A stretch of DNA of 64,000 nucleotides from Octopus vulgaris (lineage: Eukaryota). The notes under the pieces were generated by a model. It saw nothing but the letters and a program-made list of their open reading frames with translations. It was not told the DNA's origin and made no database searches. The position numbers and the translations under genes were made by a program. Below are positions 12,692 to 27,065 of the stretch, one piece after another. Position 1 is the stretch's first letter, and every line of letters begins with the position of its first letter. The DNA is taken from positions 67,828,001-67,892,000 of the forward strand of contig OX597825.1 in the NCBI GenBank assembly GCA_951406725.2. Reading direction: 5' to 3'.

Positions 12692-14760
12692 TCAATTATT
12701 ATTACTATCGTCATTTTCATTAGTATCTGCTTTCAATTCTGTTTCTATTTCTTGCCAAGTGTCTTCCCGACACCTAGAGCAGAGAAACGTACTATATACA
12801 TTAGTAGGCCATTAGAATAAAAACACCAGATTGTTCATTTACAGAGTCATGTGATCGAGAAAAAGGAGAAGAGAGAAAAAGGAGAAGAGAGAAAAAGGAG
12901 AAGAGAGAAAAGGAGAAGAGAGAAAAAGGAAAAAAACAGAAAAGTAAGCAAATAAAATAAAGGCGGGGAAAGGAAAGAAAATTTACAGCGACAATGCTCT
13001 TCTCAATACGTGTGACGAAACAGTTAAGACGATCTTTTGGACGTCCTGCATGGTAAGCCACAGATCATTCTTAAATAATTTTCAGTTCCTTTCTTGATCA
13101 TTCCAAATGCTCCTCGAATCAATGGTATTGTAATCGTCTTGAGATGCCACATCTTTTCGATTTCGATTAGCAGATCTTTATATTTTCTGAGCTTATCAAA
13201 TTATTTTGCCGAGATATTATGGTCACAGAGTATGCTCATGTCAATCAATAAACAAACATTATTGTTTTTATCTTTCACAGTAATATCTGGTTTATTTGCC
13301 TTGATGGTCCGATCTGTATAGACTGGGAAGTCCCAAAGAATAGTTATATTTTCTCCCTCAGTTACAGGCTCAGGGTGGTGCTTGTACCATTTACTAGCAG
13401 TTCTGATTTTATAACGCCGACACATTATCCAATGTAGATATTAACCAACTCTGTCGTGTCTTGATTTGTACTCTACAGGTGCTAAAACCTTACATCCAAA
13501 GATTAGGTGGTCGACTGTATCTATCTCATCCGTTGCAGTATCGGCACTTTGGGTCTGGTCTACACCATTTTTCATCACATTGGCTTGCTTGTTCCGGGTC
13601 AATAAGCTTTGATCTTGGGCAGCCAAGATAAAGCATTTACTCACTGCCTTTAGCCCTGAGCTCCGTAGCCACTGATGGGTGTGCTTCTGGTCTACATTAG
13701 CTTGTTTGCTACGGGCCACATATTTGCCCTGCACAGGTTTTTGGTCCCACCTATCGGCCAATTGTTCAAGCGCATTTTGCTTTGCTATTGATTTCACTTT
13801 CTTTGCAACTACATTTGCTGCACTTCCATCATGCTGTTCAACCTGAGTATTATGCATAAACTCACTTGAACATTTTTTGCTCTCCTTCATAACAGAATGA
13901 AGCTTCTTACGTCTTTCATGGTTTTCAACGATCTTTAGCATCCAGTTGTTAGATGTTTCAAGATATTTTGCCAGTCCAGTTATGGTAGTTTTGTAGGAGA
14001 TTTCAAACTGGATCAAGCCTCGACCTCCTTGATCTCTGAGTGGATAAAGGCGATCTGCGTCTGCCTTTGGGTGGTGCATCTTATTGCAAGTCAGCAGCTT
14101 TCGGATTTTTCTGTCAGTCTTCCTTATTTCGCTCATATTCCAGTTCAAGACATTGAAACTGTAAATAACAACAGGATCTGCTAAGGAATGTATAGCCAAC
14201 ACCTTGTTACGTGCATTTAACTCGGATTTTAGGAGTGGTCGAACTCTCCTGTAACACTCCTTCCTGATCTTCTCTTTCATACATGCATGTTGTATGTCAG
14301 AGCCCTCATCTATTCCGAGGTGTTTCTAAGTTTGTTCCAGCTCGAGTTCTTTTATAACTGTCGACATCCAACGCCACTGAAAGTGGCCATGGCACATTTA
14401 TCAAGACCAAATTCCATCCCAAGGTCATCACTGAATGCTTTCACAACACGTAGTAGTCTTTCAAGCTCTTTATCGCCTTTGCTGTAGAGTTTTAAGTCAT
14501 CCATATAAAACAGATGAGTTATTTTCCTGTTACCAATTTTATATCCGTACCCTGTTCTGTTGAGTTCACTTGTAAATGGTATTAGGGCTATGAAGAAAAT
14601 TAATGGTGAAAGTGAGTCATCTTGGAAAATGCTGCAGTTGATATTATTATTTTTTGTGATCAATACTCCATTAGAGTGGAATAATTGGAGATTCGTATTC
14701 CACATTGACATGTTGTACTTCAGGAAACTTGAAATCACAGGAGAATTTTGAAGATATCCA
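12692..14760 (-). mobile_element. degenerate R4/Dong-like LINE (RT plus RLE), interrupted at ~12830-13070
   Basis: IFQDDSLSPLIF, HLFYMDDLKLY, FGLDKC, GGRGL, AAQDQ, RHDRVG, KPDITVKD, LIDMS; frameshifts; 3'UTR ends in a TAA-rich tail at ~12692. Confidence 0.9.
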
Positions 14761-14899
14761 GTGATGTGGAAGCAATGTCGCTTTGTCACGCTTCTAACCT
14801 GTCAGAGGAACAAGAAAGCGACGTTTGCTAATCCGGATCTCAGCACAAATCCTGTTTACAGTTACTGAAGAGTATTTTTGCGACGTATATAATATATAC

Positions 14900-15260
14900 A
14901 CAGCAAAAATGCACTACCAGTGAACTAAGGTAACACGTCTTATTTTTCGAGCACCTTCCGAAGTATTCTAGTGGTTCCAAGTAGTGCTGTTTTCTACAAG
15001 TGATCCAACCTTATTGCAGCCCCTATTTGTTCCACGTACTTCTCGAGATTTTTGCTAACTGTTCTCAGGGCTCCGACAATTATTGGTACTACTGCTACCT
15101 TTTTCATCGACCACAACTGCTTCACTTTCCAAGCTAACCTATCATATCTCTCGACTTTTCTTTGTTCCTTATCGCATACCTTGTTGTCAGCTGGGCATGC
15201 TATATCTATGATCCAGCATAGTTTGTTTTCTTTCTCAATTAAGACTATGTCCGGCTCCCT
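14900..15260 (-). mobile_element. R4/Dong-like LINE 3' end (RLE)
   Basis: REPDIVLIEKENKLCWIIDIACPADNKVCDKE...VPIIVGAL; 5' junction in (TAA)n at 15260-15278. Confidence 0.85.
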
Positions 15261-15279
15261 AATTATTATTATTATTATA

Positions 15280-17335
15280 AACATTTGACTAAAACCGTCA
15301 GCTTATGTTGCTGGGTATAGTAGAAAGTGTCAGCAGTCCGTAGACTAAGGTGACATTTTTTGCTGTTTCTAGAACTCTGCAGAGAATTTTCGCAGTTCCA
15401 AGCAATGCTGATTTTTGTAGGTGCTCTATCTTTACATTTGTACCAATCTTTTTGAGCTATGTCGGTAGTTGAGTACTGATTCTTCAAAACGCGCTAATTA
15501 CTATTGTTATCACGTCCACTCTCTTCATTGCCCACAGCCTACGTATTCCTATCTTAAATCATTGTAATTGTTCCTTTTTTTCTTCTTCTTTCTCTTTGAT
15601 CCTCTTGTCACCGGGGCATGCTGTATCGATTATCATGTAAGGTTTTTCTTTTTAGCCCACCACAAAAATGTCAGGCTTCCGATATCTGATCTGATGGTCG
15701 CGCTGATTCATTGCATCCCACTGAATTTCATTCTCAGTAACTCCTTCTGGGATTTTGTCATACCACGTTCTTGCTCTTTATAGGTCGTAATTTCCACAGA
15801 TCTCCCAATGAATCGTTCTTACCGCATTGTCATGTCTTTTGTGCTGATTTCAGGCATTCATTAACAATGTGCCATGCCGTTTCACCCGTCTCACCATACA
15901 TTCTGCATTTGTCGCTCTCAGTTGCGTTGTCAATTCTTTCACATAGTTCGTCCTTCGCGCTTGTACTTGTGCTGCACATATATATGTGCTTCTGTATCTT
16001 CAGGTCCCTCTTCCACATCCATAACCACAGGTCTTCAGTATGTGTCTTGGCGTTCGTATCTCTTGCAAAGTAACCCTATATTTTTTCTTCATGCTATTTC
16101 TTTTTTCGTGTTTTTCTTTCTTTGCTCATTTATCAATTTTGATGATGGCGGACTTCAAATGTTTCAGCAATGGTTCCACGGTATTTTGTACATACCACCC
16201 TAAGATGTTTTCTTCTACTTCAACGCAATCCAGTCAACTGACCAAACCTCTCCTACACTTTCTTCTGGACAAGTACAACCTCTAGGTATGGAATGAGTCT
16301 CTGCATCCATGCTCATCAGTTCTTTCTTTTGCCAGCTTATGATTCCAACTCCATACCGAAGTGATGCTACCGTCCATCTATTTACAGCTTGGATTTTATT
16401 CCATCCAGTCAATTTTGAGCGAAATGCCAATCTAAATCTTCCGAAATATTCTTTCCTCAGCTGTTCTTTAATTTCCTTCTCCAAGATTTCGTTGAACTCT
16501 AGTATGCCAAGGTATTTATAGCCTTCCTTTTCAATTTGTCTCTTCACTTCTCTATTTGGCAATTCTATCCCTGCCAGGCTCATCACACCACATTTCTTGA
16601 GTTCCGAATTCCATCTTGATACCAGCACTGAAACAGTGAACCGTGTTCTCCAAAGAACTTACTTATGCCTCATCCTTGCCATCCGGCTTCAAATCAACCA
16701 TGAAGAGGTGGCTGATTTTTTAAACTTTTCTCTTTAACTAATATCCCAGATTCACTTTCCTCGGTACCAAAATCAAAGGGACCATGCAAAGGACAAAAGC
16801 AACGGAGGTAAGCTATTTCCTTGAAAAATCCCTCTCCTCTGCCCAGAAAGCCCAATCATTGTCTGTACGATGTCAACTCAGTTTTCCAACCCACCATCCT
16901 TCTCTTCATAAAACGTTGCATTCCTTGCAATTCCAAATAAATCTTAGCAGTCAATGATCCATGAATGTGGGACCATACCGTAAGCTTTGCGGTAATCAAT
17001 CCAGGCCATTCCCAAAGTTGCCCTCCTTTACTTACAATCTTTCATAACCATTTTGTCTATCAATAATTGGTCTTTGGCACCTCTGCATCTCCTCCTGCAA
17101 TCTTTTTGTTCCATCGGTAAAATGTTGTTATCATCGAGAACTTTGTACATTTCTTCTGCAATCCCTGCTGACAGCAACTTCTACATTAATGGAAGGCAAG
17201 GAATTGGCCTGTAATTATCAGCGGCATTTCTTTTCGATACATCCTTCAAGCACAACACCTTTCGTCCTTTGGTCAACCACCCCGGGATTTCTTCTTCTCC
17301 ATCGGTCAATGCATTAAATTATTCTGCAAACAATT
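15280..17335 (-). mobile_element. degenerate R4/Dong-like LINE (RT through 3'UTR)
   Basis: [59 protein letters not shown]; bounded by (TAA)n. Confidence 0.88.
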
Positions 17336-17963
17336 CATTATTATTATTATTGTTGTTGTTGTTATCATTATTATAATATTAAACGAGATTATCCTGCAAT
17401 TTCCTATTCCCTGTCAGCAAAAATTATTATTGAAACAGATGATCCGTTACAAGTTACACTTTGATCGTTTTCTTTCGGAACGAATAGCAGTTTCTGCTGT
17501 GGAGCTATTAACTATTTTAAATCGTCAGAAGCAAAAGGAATTGATATTGTATAATGTAAAGAAAAGATACAGCGTAGACAAAAAAAATTACTCCATACAT
17601 TTTATTAATTTAATATTTCCGTAGAAATAGTTGAACCCATCTAACTTCTCACCGACTTTCTATAGATTACAACAATTTTTTGCTAAATAACTCGTGAAGC
17701 AATCAAAATAAGCAGTGAATACTTGCATTGTTTATAAGAACGGAAAATGTTTATGGCTTTTATGCAATGCTGAACTGATATGAAAGATATTAATATACTA
17801 AGGGATAAAAATCAACTCGATTATAATAGGACAATTCGCAGAAATCAAAGCACTCTGAAAGCCTTCATTTATTAATTTATGTTACGCATATGTATCGCTT
17901 ATACAAATATATACACATATAAGAATATATATATGTATGCGTGTATGAATGTGTGTATGCATA

Positions 17964-18009
<46 letters not shown>

Positions 18010-18311
18010 GGTGCGTTGCCTAACGATCAAGGCGTTCCGTTCACGGTTGCACGGTCGTGGTTTCGATTCCTGGAGCGGGTGGTGCGATATATTCTTTAGC
18101 AAAACCTTTCTTTTCACGTTGTTCACTTCCACACCTGATGTGTACAATGTCAATTTGATGGAAGGTGTGAGATCATGTACCACACAAATAGTCGATCGCT
18201 ATAAACGAATCATATTGAACTGGGAGTACAGCAAAAAGTTATCGAACTTCCATCTATCGTTTACGACAGGAGAGTCCACCATGTATGTGTATATATGTAT
18301 ATATATCGATC

Positions 18312-18610
18312 AAGACCCCCTTCGGTCACGACACTGACCATGGGATTGCACCTAGAAAGTTACCCTCCCAGGCAAAAGTCCAGGCAAGGTTGTTTGTGGA
18401 AGACCAGCAATCGCCCATGCATACCAGACTCCCCCTCCATGCCACTGATGTTATCCATGGGAGAGGCAAAGGCCGATACAGCTTGGCACCTGTGACGTCG
18501 CAACTCATTTCTACAGCTGAGTGAACTGGAGCAACGTGAAATAAAGTGTCTTGCTCAAGAACACAACACGCAGCCCGGTCCGGGAATCGAACACACATCC
18601 TCGCGATCTT
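18312..18610 (-). mobile_element. family 3 SINE (CORE/Nin-like body)
   Basis: Minus strand TTGTGTTCTTGAGCAAGACACTTTATTTCACGTTGCTCCAGTTCACTCAGCTGTAGAAATGAG; homolog at 23185-23492. Confidence 0.8.
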
Positions 18611-18861
18611 AAGCTCGACGACGACGATGCTGTTCATGATGATGACGATGATGATGATGGTGATGAAAACATCTTTTATTGGGCAGAAGGGGGCAGTACA
18701 AAAGTGGGGACGATGGGGACAATACAAAAGTGAAATACAAACGAAAATAGCAGATATGAATCGGTGGCGGGCGGAATAAAAGGATGAGAAAAACCAACAA
18801 CATTAAGAAAAAATTAATGATAAATATCAAGATTACACCTGCTGCTTGTACTGATGATATT

Positions 18862-18899
<38 letters not shown>

Positions 18900-19262
18900 A
18901 GGTGGTGTGGTGGTAGAATCATCAGTATGCCAGACGAAATGCTTAGCGCCATTTCGTCCGTCTTCATGTTCTGAATTCAATTTCCACTAAAGTTGACTTT
19001 GCCTTTCATCCTTTCGGGGTCGATTAAATAAGTACCAGTTACGCACTGGGGTCGATATAATCGACTTGATCCGTTTGCCTGTCCTTGTTTGTCCCCTCTG
19101 TGCGTAGCCCCTTGTGGGCAGTAAATACATATGACTTTGCCTTTCACCCTTTCTGAGTCGATAAATTAAGTACTAGTTGAGGACCGGGGTCGATTTAATC
19201 GAGTTATACCGCCCCACTCTGCCCCACACGAAACTGGTGGCCATGTGCCAAAATTTGGAATC
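18900..19262 (+). mobile_element. old family 4 (Meta/MESC-like) SINE containing a younger family 4A 3' half
   Basis: GACTTTGCCTTTCA(T/C)CCTTTC duplicated at ~18994 and ~19132 around a near-consensus 4A segment. Confidence 0.75.
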
Positions 19263-19786
19263 GTCATTGCTGCTACTGCTGTTCCTACTGCTTGTCCTAC
19301 AGATCCTGTTGCTTAAGCGCTGTTATTAATCTTACTGGTTGATCCTAAAATACAAAATGAAAGTCCCAAAAAACAAAAGCAAAAATAGTAACACCATAAC
19401 CAAAAACAAAGCAATTTTAAACAACTAACAAACACATAAAACAAACATGTCACATTATAGAAAACTGATTGATGTGGCAAACAGGGAACGACTTAGATGG
19501 ACTTGTATTTCCGATCACGTTTCACTACGTTAACGGTCTTAATCAATTGATTATGATACCAGGATTTTTTTCACTTCAAAGAAACTTTTATGCCAAATAC
19601 CTGTCCGTTGTTTGAAGCATTTTATCATAGCAATTCATTTTCTGGCAAAGAAAATAAAAGAAATGTTATGTTAAAATATGGCGGAAGATATAAGATACGA
19701 GTATTAATGGAGGAACGTGTAGCAGCAACGTTTTACACGCCAATGCGCCGTTCTTCCCCTACTCCATAGATAGACAGAGAAACGGA

Positions 19787-19863
<77 letters not shown>

Positions 19864-20076
19864 ATATGTGTGTATATGGAGAGAAGAAGAGAGAGAGGAG
19901 AGAGAGAAAGAAGTATGTAGATAGATAGATAGATAATTTAATTGTATATATACATATATATATATATATGTCTATTCATACATATATATACATATTTATA
20001 CCTATATATATACATATATATGTATATACATATATACATATATACATACACACACACACGCACACACACACACACG

Positions 20077-20107
<31 letters not shown>

Positions 20108-20112
20108 GTATA

Positions 20113-20152
<40 letters not shown>

Positions 20153-20385
20153 GAAAGGGATCTATATATCTTCATTCATACAAATATATGTACGTATAAT
20201 ATATTCACATATATATGCATATATATATATGCATGTGTGTATATATGTATGTAGTAAATTATGGATGTATAAGCGTTTTGGTTGGTGAATATAAATGTAT
20301 GTGTGTGTGTATGCGTGTGGATATGTTTGCTATGCACATATTGTGTCAAGGTATGTGTTTATGTGCATATGTGTGCTACTAGTAT

Positions 20386-20422
<37 letters not shown>

Positions 20423-21092
20423 GTATCTCTTTATCTCAATTTCTCTTGTATATACTTCAGTCTCTCCTATTCACTATCAATATATCTCTTTCTCACTCTC
20501 TCTCTCTCGCTTCCTCTCTCGCTTCCTCTCTCGCTTCCTCTCTCTATCTATCTTTCTTGCCTAGTTACTCACTCACTATGCGTTTGTATTTTAGGATGTT
20601 CACCATAAGAAGACACGAACCGTTGAGTGAATTCAGCTCAGATGTTCTCTCTGGGGGGTTTAACCTGAAAAATTACTCCGAAGCAAACTAAAACAACTTT
20701 TCTTCTGATGTAAAATTAATGAAAATACATGCTCTTTGGTGTGTTATATAATTTTCTCCCGATCTCTAATTGCCGAATCTATACTAACAGAGGGTACAAT
20801 CTCAGTATTGATTAATATATAAACAACTACAACAAAAACAAAATCATGTGTACTAACAGCACCAAACTTGATAAAATCCATTTAGATGGAAATAAAGATT
20901 TTTCTGTTGTTCGAGTAAAACTACCTTCAGGCGTTATAATCCCAAAACCGTTATGATATGGTGACAAATATCTTCTGATACACATACAGACAGACAGACA
21001 AACAGGTAGACAGACAAACAGGTAGACAGACAAACAGGTAGACAGACAAACAGGTAGACAGGCAGATAGATAGACAGATAGATAGATAGATA

Positions 21093-21326
21093 AGGCGGCG
21101 ACCTGGCAGAAACATTAGCACGCCGGGCGAAATGCGTAGCCATATTTCGTCTGCCGTTACGTTCTGAGTTCAAATTCCGCCGAGGTCGACTTTGCCTTTC
21201 ATCCTTTCGGGTTCGATAAATTAAGTACCAGTTGCGCATTGGGATCGATGTAATCGACTTAATCCGTTTGTCTGTCCTTGTTTATCCTCCCTGTGTTTAG
21301 CCCCTTGTGGGCAGTAAAGATATAAG
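21093..21326 (+). mobile_element. family 4A SINE, full length
   Basis: GGCGGCGACCTGGCAGAAAC...GAGTTCAAATTCC...GCCTTTCATCCTTTCGGG.TCGATAAATTAAGTACCAG...CCCCTTGTGGG tail. Confidence 0.85.
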
Positions 21327-22759
21327 ATAGACAGACAGACAGACATTGCAGCGTCTTGGTTAATTGTTTTAATTATCGATGTGCTCCCGAGCAGATATAT
21401 ACATCCTCTTGGCAGTCCAACACTTGAGCGAGCAGAGTTTTGAGGACACGACTTTTGGCGAGTGAGAGAATTCTGCCAGCACTTGACTGCTGCTTACTTT
21501 CGTCAGCGTGAAATAAAGTGCCTTGCTCAAGGGCAAAACGTAGGTAAAACATTGGATCACAAAAGTGTTACTACGTTGAATTGTTTTATCTATCAAGTGT
21601 TACTTCGATTAAATATATTTTTCTAACAGTTATTTTTTGTTCAATTGTTGATGAACCTACCTCTCGGCACGAAACACAGATGCGGGCAGCGGCGTCGAAC
21701 TCCCTTGTTGACCAAGTGCCACGTATCAGATGTGGTTTCACATACTAGTGTAGCTCATTCAACGTTGGTGCCCCAGCATGACCACAGCTTTCGAGCTGAA
21801 ACATTTTTAAGGATTTAAGGATATTGTTTCGAAAAATTGTATATTCGACCAGATGTTATTCGGCCAATTACAATTCGATCAACTTCTACTCTGAATGTTT
21901 TTTCTAGTCCACTGTTGTTTCAAATATTTGCTTTTTCGCTCGACTGTTATTCTGTCAATTAGTTTTGTCTTGTTTTCTTACGTTACTTCTATTTATTGTT
22001 ATTTTGATCAATGATTTTTTGTCTTTTTTTTTATTGTTATTACTTGTTTGTTTTCCTATCGGCTGTTACTTGTGCAATATTTTTCTGTCAGCTGTTATTT
22101 CATCAATCAAATTTCGCATTTTGTACTCGGCTTTTAAACGCTCATTAGGCTGCTGATCAAAAGCTTCCTGAGAGAAATCTGACGGGAGATTTTCGATAAT
22201 GCAGTCAAACAGATTAAGAAAAGATTTTTATTGCTCTCACCTGCTTTCGTTGAATGCTGTTGAAACTGTGCTTTCAAATGAATGAGAATTTCGTGAATGA
22301 ATTCGAAGGGAGATGCAGAACTCGTTTTTTAGTTATATTTTTTATGGCTAGGAATTTGATAGAAGTTATTTATTCTTATTCGGAAGCGAAAACCGGTTAA
22401 TTTTCGTCGGACAGCTGTCACTGCAGAGTAAATCTCACAAATAAGACCTGAACACCAGATCGAACTCGTTAAGATGATTCATTAATCACCTGAGATAATT
22501 GAATTTCCCCTACCATTCCTTGTTAGTAAAAATTTGTCTCATTTTAAAATATGAGTTTCCCGCCGAAACTAAAAAATCTTGAGACGACTTTAATGCAATT
22601 AAACCGTCTTAGAAAATTGTAGTTCGGCAAATCTCTTCCGTTTCTCAACCAAAATATCCGGAATTAGTGATACATGAGTGCATGTATTCAAATAAAATTA
22701 ATTGTTGTTACAACTGGAACCACTAGTTCACATGTCACAGATGTAAATGGTTTGTATAA

Positions 22760-22990
22760 GGCATCGAGCTGACAGAAACGTTAGCACGCTGGGTGAAATA
22801 CTTAGCGGTATTTCGTCTGCTGTTACGTTCTGAGTTCAAATTCCGCCGAGGTCGACTTTGCCTTTCATCCTTTCGGGGTCGATAAATTAAGTACCAGTTA
22901 TGCACTGGGGTCGATATAAGCGACTTAATCCATATGTCTGTCCTTGTTTGTCTCCTCTGTGTTTAGCCCCTTGTGGGTAGTAAAGAAATA
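22760..22990 (+). mobile_element. family 4A SINE with 11-bp TSD
   Basis: TSD GGTTTGTATAA at 22749-22759 and 22991-23001. Confidence 0.9.
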
Positions 22991-23184
22991 GGTTTGTATA
23001 AAGAGTGTCACTGATGATGAATGATGCGATGCAATACTGGAGTTTGAACACTGACTAAAGTCACATATTTCCATATTTTGAAAATTTGGCCATCGAAACC
23101 TCTCTCTATTCCAACATCATGGTTATACATTTTCCACTATAATTTAGACGAAGTTGCTGTTTCATGAACAAGATGGCCAATACC

Positions 23185-23492
23185 AAAAGTGGTTAGAGCG
23201 TCGAGCTTACAATCGTGAGGTTGTGAGTGCGAATCCCTGAACGGGCTGCGTGTTGTGTTCTTGAGCAAGACACTTTATTTCACGTTGCTCCACTTCACTC
23301 AGCTGTAGAAATGACTTGCCGAGCTGTATCAGCCTTTGCCTTTCCCTTGGATAACACTGGTGGCGTGCAGAAGAGGGTCTGGTATACATGGGCGACTGCT
23401 GGTCTTCCATAAACAACCTTGCCCGGAATTGTAGCTGGGAGGGTAACTTTCTAGGTGCAATCCAATGGTCGGTCATGACCGAAAGGGGGTCT
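23185..23492 (+). mobile_element. family 3 SINE
   Basis: AGTGGTTAGAGCGTC head; homologous to 18312-18610. Confidence 0.8.
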
Positions 23493-23589
23493 TAGCTCTC
23501 TCAGCATATATATATATATATATATATATAGTGACGTATTTTTGCCATTGTCATATATATATATACTCAGAGGACGACAGACAGACATT

Positions 23590-23850
23590 CCTACTCTTTT
23601 ACTCCTTTACTTGTTTCAGTCATATGACTGCGGCTGTGCTGGAGCACGGCCTTAAAGGGTTTTAGTCGATCAAATTAGCCTAAGGGCTTTTTTTTTATAG
23701 CCTAGTACTTATTCTATCCGTCTCCTTTGCCGAATCGCTTAGTTACACGGGAGTAAACATAACGACACCGGTTGTCAAGCAGTGATGGGGGGGGCAACCA
23801 CAGACACAAAGACACACACACACACCTAGATACATACATATATATATATA
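23590..23850 (-). mobile_element. family 1 SINE, 3' half
   Basis: Reverse-complement homology to 1500-1690. Confidence 0.75.
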
Positions 23851-23855
23851 CATAC

Positions 23856-23906
<51 letters not shown>

Positions 23907-23943
23907 GAAGAAGAAGAAGAAGAAGAAGAAGAAGAAGAAGAAG

Positions 23944-23974
<31 letters not shown>

Positions 23975-23976
<2 letters not shown>

Positions 23977-24161
23977 CTTTTCTACTATAGGCACAAGGCC
24001 TGAAATTTGGTGGGGGGTAGTCGATTACATCGACCTCAGTGCGTAACTGGTACTTATTTAATCGACCCCGAAAGGATGAAAGGCAAATTTGAACTCAGGA
24101 AGGATGAAATGCCACTAAGCATTTTGGCCAGCGTGCTACCAATTCTGCCAGCTCGTCACCT

Positions 24162-24162
<1 letters not shown>
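23975..24162 (-). mobile_element. family 4B SINE
   Basis: Family 4 core with the alternative tail GGCCTTGTGCCTATAGTAGAAAAG. Confidence 0.75.
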
Positions 24163-24209
<47 letters not shown>

Positions 24210-24578
24210 TCTAGAAGATGAAAAAGAACAAGAAAATGAAGGAAAAGAGTTTATGATCCGCCTTGTGTATGTCCGCCTGTGTATGTGTGTGTGTGTGTGG
24301 GGGGGTAATAATGAATATTTTTCTTGAATCTTATCGTTGACATCAGAATCATATTCGTTCATAAAAGGAGAAATAAACGAAGACAGAAACAATAAAATCT
24401 CTTCCAGTTAATAGAAATACATGAGATGTTATCTAAATGAAGACGATATATACTCTGCTTTATTTATCAAATTTGCCAATCTCTAACATAAAGTTAGAAA
24501 ACGTAATCATAAATGAACAAACGCGTGAACATGTATATACCTACATCTATGTGTATAGACATATATATATACATATAA

Positions 24579-24685
<107 letters not shown>

Positions 24686-25474
24686 ATATTTATATATACA
24701 CACATATATGCGTACAAACATACGTATATACATATATAGATATTTATATACATAAATATATCCACACATACATACATATATGTGTGTGTGACTGTGCGTG
24801 TGTGCATGTATACATGTATGTGCGTATGTTCATGTTCCATCGGGTCATATGTATGTGTGTATATGTGTGTGTGTATGTATGTATATACATATATATACAT
24901 ATATATATATATATATACATACATATACATATATATACGTATATATATATTTATATATAATACATATATACGTACATACATGCATACGTATATATACATA
25001 TACATACATGTATATACACACATACATACAGATACGTGTGTGTTTGTATGCGTCTGTGTGTATGCATGTATACATGTATGTACGTATGTTCGTGTTCCAG
25101 CAGGTCATATGTATGTGTGTGTGTGCTTGTGTGTGTATATATGCGTATGGATGGATGGATGGATGGATGGATGTGTTGGAAGTTGAATCTTCTCAAATCT
25201 TAATTCCCAACTCCTCGCTGTCATTCTTCGAGTGATTATGAAAATTGAAATGTAAAAATTGGAAGCTAAAGCACACAAGACTTATTAGCAGTTATAATGT
25301 ATCTGGGATATTTCCATTGTCAACTGTGCTTATGCCGGCACAATAACGTGGAAATAAATCGCCTATTACCGCTGAGTAATAAAGGAAAAAGTTTGTATCC
25401 TTGTTTGTCTTCTTCTCAGTGCCTCGTTTTATTGAGGACTACATCTGATGAGCGTATAAACTCGAAACAGCCAA

Positions 25475-26340
25475 TATTCTTCTCTTTTCTACTTTAGGCG
25501 CATGGCCCGTAATTTTTAGGGAGGAGCCAGTCGATAAGACCGATCCCAGTACGCAACTGATACTTAATTTATCGACCTCGAAAGGATGAAAGGCAAAGTC
25601 AGCCTCGGTGGAATTTGAATTCAGAACATAAAGACAGACGAAATACCGCTACGCATTTCATCCGTTTCTGCCAGCTAATGTTTCTTATTTCTTTATTGCC
25701 CACAAGGGGCTAAACATAGAGGGGACAAACAAGGACAGACAAAGGTATTAAGTCGATTATATCGACCCCAGTGCGTAACTGGTACTTAATTTATTGACCC
25801 CGAAAGGATGAAAGGCAAAGTCGACCTCGGCGGAATTTGAACTCAGAACGTAACGGCAGACGAAATACCACTAAGCATTTCGCTTGGCGTGCTAACGTTT
25901 CTGCCAGCTTACCGCCTTCGAAACAGCTAATATCCATTTCTACTCTAGACACAAGGCCCGAAATTTTGGGGGAGGGGGCTTGTCAATTAGATTGATCCCA
26001 GTACGCAACTGGTGCTTAATTTATCGCTCCCCAAAAAGATGAAAGGCAAAGTCGACTTCGGCAGAATTTGAACTCAGAACTTAAAGACAGACGAAATACC
26101 TATTTCTATTTCTTTACTACCCACAAGGGGCTAAACACAGAGAGGACAAACACGGACAGACAAACGGATTAAGTCGATTATATCGACCCCAGTGCGTAAC
26201 TGGTACTTAATTTATCGACCCCGAAAGGATGAAAGGCAAAGTCGACCTCGGCGGAATTTGAACTCACAACGTAACGGCAGATGAAATACCACTAAGCATT
26301 TCGCCCGGCGTGCTAACGTTGTCTGGCAGGACACCGCCTT
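25475..26340 (-). mobile_element. array of family 4 SINEs (two 4A/4B pairs)
   Basis: Four core copies; GAAACAGC(C/T)A repeated at ~25464, ~25920 and ~26341, consistent with TSDs. Confidence 0.85.
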
Positions 26341-26367
26341 GAAACAGCTACTATTAAACACTACATA

Positions 26368-26725
26368 CAGGCGTGGCTGTCTGCTAAGAAGCTTGCTTCC
26401 CAATGAGTGGTACCTTGGGCAAATGTCTTCTACTAAAGTCTCGGGCCGACCAAAGCCTTGTGAGTGGATTTGGTAGACGGAAACTGAAAGAAGTCCGTCG
26501 TATGTGTGGGGGATCCGTGTCTGTGTTTGTCCCCTCCACCATCATTGAACAACCGGTGTTGGTGTGTTTACGTCCCCGTAATCTAGCGGTTCGACAAAAG
26601 AAACCTATAGATTAAGTGCTAGGTTTACAAAGAATAAATCCTGGGGTCGATTTGTTCGACTAAAACCCTTCAAGGCAGTACTCCAGCACGGCCGCAGTCA
26701 AATGACTGAAGACAGTAAAAAATAA
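26368..26725 (+). mobile_element. family 1 SINE
   Basis: Homology to 1287-1692. Confidence 0.8.
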
Positions 26726-26826
26726 ATTAATATATATATATGTATATAAAAAAATACAAACTGAGACAAGAACGCAAAACATTTAGAAGACGACATATAT
26801 ATAAATATATATATATAAACTATACA

Positions 26827-26872
<46 letters not shown>

Positions 26873-27033
26873 TGATAACGAACAGGCAGAGTATCAGTAC
26901 AAAAGTATTGTAAATGTATTTGTATTTGTATGTATACGTAGTATTCTCATGAATACACATACACACACACATACACACACACATATACACACACTCACAT
27001 ATACACGCACACAATCACATACACACACACATG

Positions 27034-27065
<32 letters not shown>

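Noticed and set aside
20846-20956. Short protein-like ORF MCTNSTKLDKIHLDGNKDFSVVRVKLPSGVIIPKPL
   Set aside because: In-frame stop just upstream, no convincing splice context, no recognised homology
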